From assembly GCA_902792515.1 (NCBI GenBank), contig CADAZX010000012.1:6165-70164 (forward strand): 64,000 bases of DNA. Reading direction: 5' to 3'. Each line of letters opens with the position of its first letter. Positions within the stretch are counted from its first letter, which is position 1. A program made the position numbers and the translations under genes. This DNA comes from an uncultured Ruminococcus sp. Its GTDB lineage: Bacteria > Bacillota > Clostridia > UBA1212. Below, piece after piece: positions 56,749-64,000 of this stretch. The notes under the pieces were generated by a model. That model was not told the origin of the DNA. It saw only the letters and a program-made list of their open reading frames with translations, and made no database searches.

Positions 56749-57663
56749 ATGGCTAAAATACTCAATTTCGGATCTCTTAACGTTGACTACGTCTACCACA
56801 TGGACCATTTCGTGCTTCCCGGTGAGACGCTGACGTCCTCAGCCCGAGACGTAAATTGCGGCGGAAAAGGATTAAATCAGAGCATAGCGGCGGCCTCGTC
56901 CGGCGCTACGGTATTTCACGCGGGAAAGATCGGTCGCGACGGTACAATGCTCACCGACATGCTTAATGCGCGCGGAGTCGACACCTCTCTCGTGGAGATC
57001 TCCGGCGGGCCTTCCGGTCACGCGATAATACAGGTCGACAAAGCCGGACAGAACTCGATTATTCTCTTTCCCGGCGCAAACCGCGAGATCGACAGCTCTT
57101 CAATTGAGCGCGCTCTCGAAAACTTTGCGGAGGGTGACTATCTTATCCTTCAGAACGAGATAAGCAGGATTCCCGAGATAATGAAGGCAGGCGCCTCCAA
57201 AGGTATGAAGATCGTTTTCAACCCGTCGCCGGTAACAGACGATATCGCATCGTTCCCGCTCGAGCTCGTGGATATTTTCGTGCTGAACGAAATAGAGGGC
57301 GAGGTGCTTTCGGGCGAAAAGGAGCCGCAGGATATAATAAGAGTTCTGCGTTCAAAATACCCCGGCGCGCTCGTGCTCCTGACGCTCGGCAAAAACGGCT
57401 CGATACTCGCGGGAAAAGACGTCTTCCTCACCTACGGAATCCATTCCGCACCCGTGGTCGACACGACCGCCGCCGGCGACACAATGCTCGGTTTCTTTAC
57501 GGGACTTCTCGCGTCAGGCATCGGGTACGAAGAAGCGCTGTCCACGGCAACAAAGGCGGCCGCTGTCACAGTCTCGAGAAAAGGCGCCGCGCCGTCAATT
57601 CCCACGCTTGAAGAGGCGCGGGCGTGTACATTTCCTTACGTCGAATCCGGATACGGGAAATAG
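56749..57663 (+). CDS. PfkB-family carbohydrate kinase (ribokinase-like)
   Basis: N-terminal GG motif (NCGGKGLNQ) and C-terminal anion hole (TAAGDTMLGFF..). RBS AAGAGGA. Confidence 0.8.
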   Translation: MAKILNFGSLNVDYVYHMDHFVLPGETLTSSARDVNCGGKGLNQSIAAASSGATVFHAGKIGRDGTMLTDMLNARGVDTSLVEISGGPSGHAIIQVDKAGQNSIILFPGANREIDSSSIERALENFAEGDYLILQNEISRIPEIMKAGASKGMKIVFNPSPVTDDIASFPLELVDIFVLNEIEGEVLSGEKEPQDIIRVLRSKYPGALVLLTLGKNGSILAGKDVFLTYGIHSAPVVDTTAAGDTMLGFFTGLLASGIGYEEALSTATKAAAVTVSRKGAAPSIPTLEEARACTFPYVESGYGK

Positions 57664-57692
57664 AGTCTCCGTTGTTTGACCGTTACTTTTAA

Positions 57693-57724
57693 GGCCCGGC
57701 GCTGATCGCGCCGGGCCTTTTGTC
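57693..57724. terminator. bidirectional intrinsic terminator
   Basis: ggcccggcgc-tgatc-gcgccgggcc followed by TTTTGTCTT, between convergent genes. Confidence 0.6.
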
Positions 57725-57765
57725 TTGCAAAGATTTGCGGTTTCCGCTTGTTTGAACGCCGTCTG

Positions 57766-58368
57766 TCATTTCTCCGGATGGCCGTCGGCGTCTGTTCCGG
57801 ACGTTTCGATACCGCTGTCCGGTTCACCGTCTGTTCCATTGTTTCCGGCTTCGACCGGATCCTCCTCCGGCGTGGGTTCATCGCTGAATTTATCCTTTTT
57901 AAAGGCGAAAAACCGCTGTCCGAAGTAGTTCAGGATCACGAACAGTCCCGCACCGAGAAGCGTCGCCACATAGCCAACCGCCTTGGGCATTTCGACGTTC
58001 TGCCACGGCCAGACCCACTGCTTCGTGAACAGCCAGCCGATGAAGGGCTTCGCGGTTCCGTAGGCGATTATCCAGCACACGACGATGTTCAGAATGAAGC
58101 GGAACACCTCCGCGGCGCTTCTGGCGTTGCTCTTGAACGTAAAGTACTTGTTCAGGAAAAAGCTCAGAATGCTGCCGATAACGTAGTTGGCGGCCGAAGC
58201 TATCCAGTACGCCGTGTTGTCGCTGACCGACTTGTTCAGGCCGAGCAGCCAGAGCACGAGGTAGTTGACGCCGAGACCGACGACGGTGTTCAGAACTCCG
58301 ACCAGTACAAATTTCCAGAACGTCTTGTCGAGAATAGTCTTTTGGAGGATTTTCTTGATAAAACCCAT
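57766..58368 (-). CDS. GtrA-family membrane protein
   Basis: Start at MGFIKK (ATG 58368, RBS GGGAG). Four TM helices typical of GtrA, with an acidic C-terminal tail. Confidence 0.65.
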   Translation of the reverse strand: MGFIKKILQKTILDKTFWKFVLVGVLNTVVGLGVNYLVLWLLGLNKSVSDNTAYWIASAANYVIGSILSFFLNKYFTFKSNARSAAEVFRFILNIVVCWIIAYGTAKPFIGWLFTKQWVWPWQNVEMPKAVGYVATLLGAGLFVILNYFGQRFFAFKKDKFSDEPTPEEDPVEAGNNGTDGEPDSGIETSGTDADGHPEK

Positions 58369-58587
58369 ATTTTCACTCCCTGTTCCGCCCGGACCGGTCA
58401 TTTTCGCTTTCTCCACCGCTCCGCAGCGTTTTTATGATACAACATTTTTCCATACTTCGCAACGTTTTCCGGCATGACGACCGTGAAGCGTGACCGTGAA
58501 GCATCTGCAAGCGTAAGCTCCTGCTGCATGAAAAGTGTGTGAAAAGTGCGGAAACACGGTCGCGAGGGTTTGCGAGCTCAAACGGTC

Positions 58588-58617
58588 TTGACACCCGCGG
58601 GCGGAGAAAAGTATAAT
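58588..58617 (+). promoter_or_regulatory. consensus sigma-70 promoter of glnN, with a leader hairpin
   Basis: TTGACA (58588-58593), 18-nt spacer, TATAAT (58612-58617). The leader contains the hairpin aaccccgcgaaggggtt (58631-58647). Confidence 0.5.
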
Positions 58618-58685
58618 AAAGAGTTGGAAACCCCGCGAAGGGGTTAAGGCAAATGAGTTTTAGCGATATGTAAAGGGCTTCGAAA

Positions 58686-60812
58686 ATGAAAAACACGACT
58701 GAAACAAGCGAGAACAACCGGAACATTACGGAGCTTTTCGGGAGTCTTGTCTTCAACGACACCGTTATGAAGGAGATGCTTCCCGAGGAGATTTACGCCT
58801 CCCTGCACCGGACGGTTGCCGAGGGCAAAGAAATCGACATGAACGTCGCCGACCACGTCGCGAAGGCGCTCAAGGACTGGGCGATCGCGCACGGAGCAAC
58901 GCACTATTCGCACTGGTTTCAGCCGCTCACCGGAATCACCGCGGAGAAGCACGATAGCTTCCTGACTGCGAACCCCGACGGCAGCGTTATTGCCGATTTT
59001 ACGGCAAAAAATCTCATCAAGGGAGAGCCGGACGCGTCGTCGTTCCCCTCAGGAGGCCTTCGTGCCACGTTTGAAGCGCGCGGCTACACTTCGTGGGACC
59101 CGACCTCCTACGCGTTTATAAAAGACAACTGCCTGTGCATTCCGACCGTTTTCCGCTCGTACGGCGGCGAAGTGCTCGATATGAAAACTCCGCTGCTCCG
59201 TTCCATGGAACTCATCAACAGAGAGACGCTCAGGATCCTTCCCTTCTTCGGACTCGGAGACGTCACGCGCGTGGTGCCCACGGTCGGTCCCGAGCAGGAA
59301 TATTTCCTCGTGGACAGACAAATGGCCGAAAAGCGCCGCGACCTTATGCTGACCGGCAGAACGCTTTTCGGCGCCAGACCGCCCAAAGGGCAGGAACTTG
59401 CCGACCACTATTTCGGCGCGATGAGGCCGCGCGTCAAAGCGTTCATGAAGGACCTTGACGAGGAGCTTTGGAAGCTCGGCGTCTACGCAAAGACCGAGCA
59501 CAACGAGGCCGCGCCGGCACAGCATGAGCTCGCTCCGATCTATACCGCGGCAAACACCGCTGCAGACCACAACCAGCTCACAATGGAGAAGATGAAGATT
59601 CTGGCCGAAAAGCACGGCCTGCTCTGCCTTCTCCACGAAAAACCCTTCGAGGGCGTGAACGGCTCGGGCAAGCACAACAACTGGTCGCTCCAAACAGACA
59701 CCGGCGTCAACCTGCTCCGCCCCGGAAAGGACCCCGCGCGCAACAAGCTCTTTCTGCTCATCCTCACGGCAGTCATTTCCGCCGTCGACAAGCACCAGGA
59801 CCTTCTCAGAATCGCGGTCGCATCCGCTTCCAACGACAGACGTCTCGGCGGCAACGAAGCCCCGCCCTGCATCGTCTCTGTCTTCATCGGCGACGACCTC
59901 AAGTACATTCTTGACGCAGAGGCCTCCGGCCGCGACCCGGGCGAAAATCCCGGAAGACAGCGACTCAATTCCGGCGTGCAGACGCTTCCCGACTTCAGCC
60001 GCGACACAACGGACCGCAACCGCACCGCGCCGATGGCGTTCACCGGCAACAAATTCGAATACAGAATGCTCGGCTCCGGCTTTTCGGTCTCCGAGACGAA
60101 CGTGGTCATGAACACGATCGTCGCCGACGAGCTCGCCGCTTTCGCAACCAGGCTAGAAAACGCCTCCGACCCGCAGGCTGAAATCGACGCGATCATCGCC
60201 GACGAGTACAACGCCCACAGCAGAATCGTTTTCAACGGCAACTGCTACTCCCCCGAGTGGGAAAAGGAGGCCGCCGAAAGAGGACTTCTAAACCTTAAGA
60301 CAACCGTCGACGCGCTCCCGTATCTCGACAGCGCCGAAAACATCTCGCTGTTCACGCGCAACAAAATCTACTCCGAAAACGAGATCCGCAGCCGCAAGGA
60401 GATTCTTTACGAGAAATACTGCAAGGAAATCGCGATCGAAGCGAACACAATGCTCGAAATGGCGCGCCGCCAGATCCTCCCGGCGGTCATCGACTACTCC
60501 GCCGGCCTCGCGCGCTCCTGCTATTTCCGCGCAAAAACAGACGTCACCGGAGCGCGCTCCTGCACCGAAAAGCTCCTTCTCGACAGGATCGACCCGCTCT
60601 CCAAGGAGATGTTCACCGACATCGACACGCTCTCGAAGGCGGTCGACGACTCCTCAAAAACGCAGAGCAGCTCCGAACGCGCCGCAAAGTGCCGCGACGA
60701 AATTCTTCCCGCCATGGCGTCTCTCAGGAAGCACGCCGACTCGCTCGAAAATCTCGTCGGTTCCGGATACTGGCCGTTCCCGACGTACGCCGACCTCCTA
60801 TACGGAGTCTGA
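58686..60812 (+). CDS. glnN: glutamine synthetase type III
   Basis: 708 aa, the length and block order of GSIII (..NGSGKHNNWS..; ..FEYRMLGSG..). Confidence 0.75.
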   Translation: MKNTTETSENNRNITELFGSLVFNDTVMKEMLPEEIYASLHRTVAEGKEIDMNVADHVAKALKDWAIAHGATHYSHWFQPLTGITAEKHDSFLTANPDGSVIADFTAKNLIKGEPDASSFPSGGLRATFEARGYTSWDPTSYAFIKDNCLCIPTVFRSYGGEVLDMKTPLLRSMELINRETLRILPFFGLGDVTRVVPTVGPEQEYFLVDRQMAEKRRDLMLTGRTLFGARPPKGQELADHYFGAMRPRVKAFMKDLDEELWKLGVYAKTEHNEAAPAQHELAPIYTAANTAADHNQLTMEKMKILAEKHGLLCLLHEKPFEGVNGSGKHNNWSLQTDTGVNLLRPGKDPARNKLFLLILTAVISAVDKHQDLLRIAVASASNDRRLGGNEAPPCIVSVFIGDDLKYILDAEASGRDPGENPGRQRLNSGVQTLPDFSRDTTDRNRTAPMAFTGNKFEYRMLGSGFSVSETNVVMNTIVADELAAFATRLENASDPQAEIDAIIADEYNAHSRIVFNGNCYSPEWEKEAAERGLLNLKTTVDALPYLDSAENISLFTRNKIYSENEIRSRKEILYEKYCKEIAIEANTMLEMARRQILPAVIDYSAGLARSCYFRAKTDVTGARSCTEKLLLDRIDPLSKEMFTDIDTLSKAVDDSSKTQSSSERAAKCRDEILPAMASLRKHADSLENLVGSGYWPFPTYADLLYGV

Positions 60813-60860
60813 CACATTCAAACACAGACCGTGCGAATTCCAATATCACATTTATAACGC

Positions 60861-60895
60861 AAAAAGCACTCCCTCACCCCGGGAGTGCTTTTTGC
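60861..60895. terminator. bidirectional intrinsic terminator
   Basis: aaagcactccc-tcacccc-gggagtgcttt flanked by A and T runs, between convergent glnN and the yhaN-like gene. Confidence 0.6.
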
Positions 60896-60919
60896 TTCAC
60901 TTACACACGAAAACACAGG

Positions 60920-63553
60920 TCAAGTCTTTTCGATCATCCTGCTCTCGTGGCACGTCAGGTAAATAATCTGACGCTTTCCGGCAATCTCGCCGATAATACT
61001 CGCGATATCGCGCATATTCTTCGCGTCCAGATTCACGAACGGGTCGTCAAGCACGATAAAATTCGTTTTGTCGCCGTACAAAACGTCGATCAGTGCCAGC
61101 TTCACGCAAAGTCCGACCGCCGCGAGCTGTCCCTTGCTTAGATGCTCCTGACCGCGTTTGATTCCGTTCGCGGTGAACTCGACGTTGAAATTCCGGTTGA
61201 CGCTGACGTCGCCGCCGTACGTTTCGCTGAGCGTCCCGCGGTAGTGGTCGAACTTGGACAAAACCGGCTTGATGTAGCGCTCGACAATCGCGTCGTAGGC
61301 GTCCTTTACAAGCTTTTTCGTCTTCTCGATATCGCCCTTGATTCTCCGGTATTCGTCGAGTTTCCGGTTCTCTTCTTCGATTTTCGCCTCCGCGTCGCCA
61401 AGCAGTTCAGCCCGCTCCTCAAGCCGTTTGATATCCGAATCACAAAGGCTTGCCTCGTGAGCGGTTTTCTCCCTGTTTTCGGCAATTTCTTCGATTTTCC
61501 CGGGCGTGTATTCAACCGGCGTTTCGGGAATGCTTTTCTCTAAAACGTACTGCGAGAGCTTTTTCTTTCTCGCTTCCGCCTCACCGAGTTTGCCCGCGGC
61601 CAAAGCCTTGTCGACCTCGAGCGATTTGATCCTGTCGTAAAGGTTTCCGCCCTCCCCGGCACGTCCCGGAGCGTATTTCCCGAAAAATCCGTTAATTGCC
61701 GCAAGCTCTGAGTCAATCGCCGTCTTTATCTCACGCCGTCTCTCAGCTACGCCGTCGCGCTCCGCCTTCAGAGACGCCTCCGCCGCAACAATGTTTTTAA
61801 GATTCATCAGCTTGTCTCTCAGGCTGTCTCCGGTCACGCCGCACTTCTCGAAAATCGAGGAAAGCTTCCGGTTCAATGCCTCGGCGTCAATGGTTTTGGT
61901 CGCGATTTCGTCGCGGAAGCCCGCGATTCTGTCCCTTGCGGCAAAATAGTTTTCCACGTCGTGTCTGAACTTCTCCGCGCCCGCGGCGTCGTCGCCGTAG
62001 TTCCCGAAAATACCCGTAAGCCTTACAACGCTCTCCCTTGCGTCCGAAAGCCTCGCTTCCGCCTGTTCGCGCGCGTCCTCTCTTTTCCGCTTCGCCTGCT
62101 TAAGGCCGCGCGCCCCGAGCGCAAACAGTACGATACCCGCGCAAAGCAGCGCGAACCCGAGCACAAAAAGCGCAATATTCAGCCACGCGACGCCGCTTTT
62201 CACAAACGTCATCACGACGCCGCCCGCGAGCGCCAGAAGCGATGCCACGGCGAGCGCGACGCCCGCCTTTCTGAACATGCCGGCCCTCTCAAAAGCGCCC
62301 GCGTCTGTACCGTACCCTTCGACCGCGAACGCCCTTACTTCCCTGTCGGCCTCGTCTCTCTTCTTGACGGCCTCCGGAAGCAGCTCCAGCGCTTTCGCCA
62401 CCGCCTCCTCGCGCCCCGCGAAGGTTTCCCTCAAAGACGCGCTGTCGTTTTCGGCTGCCTCGGCAACAGAACGCAAAGCCGAGATACCCGCAGCCGACTC
62501 CTCCGCTCTCGCGACGTCCCGCTCCGTCTCATAGATCATCATGCCGTCAACACCGTTTTCCGCGATTATCCTCTGAAGTCCGGCAAGCTCGGCCTCTTTT
62601 TCAGGCGGGAAAACCGTTCCGGAAAGGATATTTTCGTTGCGCATATAGTCGTCGACAGTCGCTTTCACGTTTTGTATTTCGGCGTCTTCGGGGAAACCGG
62701 ACGGATAACCCGCAAGAATCTCACCGTATTCTTTTTCCGTTTCTTCCGCGTTTTTGCGTAGTTCCGCGGCGTAGGCGCACGCGTCAGCCAGCTCCTTCTG
62801 CTTTCTCTCGGCCTCTTCCTCAGCCTTCAGAGCGGCGAGCTGTTCCGACAGCGAGCCGCGTCTATCATACAGTCCCGACAGAGTCTCTCTGATCTTCCTG
62901 TACTCAGCCGCCTGCTCCCTGAGTTCCGAAATCGTCCGCTCGCACTCCGCGATCAGCGTGTTGTTCTTGCCCGAGCCTTTTTTCTCATATTTCTTAAGCT
63001 GTTTGTCGAGCTGCTCCAGCGCGGTTTCGTAGTGTCCGTCGTCGCTGACAATGTTGCCGCCGAGTTTCTGGCTGATATCGTTCGTCGCCCCTGGCTGCAT
63101 GCTGTCGCCGGTCATGAACATGATTTTTCTGAAAGAATCCTCGTTGATTCCGAGCAGTTCCTCCCCGATCGCGGGCGCGTTTTCGAAAACGTTCTTCACG
63201 CCGTCGACGTACACGGAAACGGTGTCGCGCGTTCTGCTGACCCTGTCAAAAGTCCGCTCTACTCTGAAATTCGCTGTCCGTCCCCCGTACTCCGACAAAA
63301 ACTCCAGCGTGCCGCCGTAAACGCCCCCGGAAAACGGGTAAAAAATCGTTCTGTTGATGATTTTCGACTCGCCCTTTGACGATGCCGTGTCCCTTTGCGT
63401 CTCCATCCCGTACAGCATGGCCGTCAGGAATTCCGCGAAAGTGCTTTTGCCCTCTCCGTTTCCGAGCATAAAAGGCGTTATGCCGTCCCCGAACTCGATA
63501 TCGGTGTCCGTGATCCTTCCGAAGTTTTCAATGTGACATCTTACAAGCTTCAC
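60920..63553 (-). CDS. SbcC/YhaN-like AAA ATPase with coiled coil and an internal TM hairpin
   Basis: Walker A GNGEGKST; long coiled coil; two hydrophobic helices mid-protein; C-terminal signature/D-loop (..IVLDDPFVNLD..). Confidence 0.75.
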   Translation of the reverse strand: MKLVRCHIENFGRITDTDIEFGDGITPFMLGNGEGKSTFAEFLTAMLYGMETQRDTASSKGESKIINRTIFYPFSGGVYGGTLEFLSEYGGRTANFRVERTFDRVSRTRDTVSVYVDGVKNVFENAPAIGEELLGINEDSFRKIMFMTGDSMQPGATNDISQKLGGNIVSDDGHYETALEQLDKQLKKYEKKGSGKNNTLIAECERTISELREQAAEYRKIRETLSGLYDRRGSLSEQLAALKAEEEAERKQKELADACAYAAELRKNAEETEKEYGEILAGYPSGFPEDAEIQNVKATVDDYMRNENILSGTVFPPEKEAELAGLQRIIAENGVDGMMIYETERDVARAEESAAGISALRSVAEAAENDSASLRETFAGREEAVAKALELLPEAVKKRDEADREVRAFAVEGYGTDAGAFERAGMFRKAGVALAVASLLALAGGVVMTFVKSGVAWLNIALFVLGFALLCAGIVLFALGARGLKQAKRKREDAREQAEARLSDARESVVRLTGIFGNYGDDAAGAEKFRHDVENYFAARDRIAGFRDEIATKTIDAEALNRKLSSIFEKCGVTGDSLRDKLMNLKNIVAAEASLKAERDGVAERRREIKTAIDSELAAINGFFGKYAPGRAGEGGNLYDRIKSLEVDKALAAGKLGEAEARKKKLSQYVLEKSIPETPVEYTPGKIEEIAENREKTAHEASLCDSDIKRLEERAELLGDAEAKIEEENRKLDEYRRIKGDIEKTKKLVKDAYDAIVERYIKPVLSKFDHYRGTLSETYGGDVSVNRNFNVEFTANGIKRGQEHLSKGQLAAVGLCVKLALIDVLYGDKTNFIVLDDPFVNLDAKNMRDIASIIGEIAGKRQIIYLTCHESRMIEKT

Positions 63554-63560
63554 CGTTCAG

Positions 63561-64000
63561 TCACCTCACTTTTATATCTTCTATGAGGTTTCCGGCAAGC
63601 GCCTTGAAACCGAGCGCGGCAATCCGTTTTTTGTCCGCGTCGCTGAGGCTCGTGTCAGCCGCAAGCTTTCTCGCAAACTCTCCGCGAAGCGATACCTCGT
63701 TCAGAAACGCCTCGTAATCCGGCTCCTCGGTGCTAAGATTCTTGACCGACAGCGCAAAAAACCTGCCCCCGAGCGAATTCTCCAAAGCGGTATCAAGGCC
63801 GTCCGTGTCAAAACGCGTAGCGCCTTCGATCAAAAGCCTCACCAGATCCCTGTTCTTCGCTCCCGAAACGGCTTCTTCGCAAACGTCCAATGCGTCCTCC
63901 TTCGAAGCGGTCCCCGAAATGTCGACGCGGAACTCGTGAACCGTTCTCTGCGCGAAAGGCACGAACCTCGTCTCGACCCTCGCCCCGGGCCTGTCCGTCT
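63561..64000 (-). CDS. C-terminal part of a YhaO/SbcD-like phosphoesterase partner (5' end outside the window)
   Basis: The frame stays open to the window edge upstream of the ORF-track start. Position immediately upstream of the SbcC-like gene. Confidence 0.5.
   Translation of the reverse strand, partial: TDRPGARVETRFVPFAQRTVHEFRVDISGTASKEDALDVCEEAVSGAKNRDLVRLLIEGATRFDTDGLDTALENSLGGRFFALSVKNLSTEEPDYEAFLNEVSLRGEFARKLAADTSLSDADKKRIAALGFKALAGNLIEDIKVR

Overview
This 64-kb window is high-GC (~60%) chromosomal DNA that looks Firmicutes/Clostridia-like. I found no integrase, transposase, cas gene or phage gene, so this is core chromosome, not an obvious mobile island. All real genes in the first ~33 kb are on the minus strand; the long plus-strand ORFs there are antisense GC artefacts. 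Running along the minus strand the content is: a tRNA-Glu/tRNA-Met pair, small membrane proteins, lysS with an unusual C-terminal tRNA-binding domain, greA, guaB, an LCP-family protein and a transglutaminase-like lipoprotein. Then comes a single ~13.5-kb minus-strand operon with two CUT1-type sugar ABC importer cores (two substrate-binding proteins, four permeases, no ATPase). It also carries a membrane-anchored DUF5696-like protein, an NHL-propeller/Yip1-like fusion, and a 1120-aa protein that fuses a large N-terminal extracellular domain to a substrate-binding domain. Next are an MBOAT/DHHW O-acyltransferase pair, hslO and a GH36 alpha-galactosidase. The second half is mixed-strand: an OmpR/histidine-kinase pair, an M23 peptidase, DJ-1, a GH78-like hydrolase, a methyltransferase, ftsE-ftsX-ctpA, a PucR regulator, secreted glycosidase-like lipoproteins, a plus-strand operon (DUF4091/GH123-like, DUF5696-like, APH/NahK-like kinase, PfkB kinase), a GtrA-like protein, a type III glutamine synthetase and a yhaN/yhaO-like SbcCD-type pair cut at the window edge. 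The most unusual signal is non-coding. Two intergenic regions (8.1-8.9 kb and 12.3-12.6 kb) carry a mosaic family of palindromic elements. Their stems differ between copies but keep their pairing through compensatory changes, while the internal loops and a CTCACTTGAC core stay conserved. One locus has a 3x tandem array of a 31-nt unit. This looks like an undescribed REP/BIME-like repeat family or structured RNA family rather than a CRISPR array. Several near-consensus sigma-70 promoters and intrinsic terminators are annotated. GAAAA-type short tandem repeats recur in several intergenic regions.
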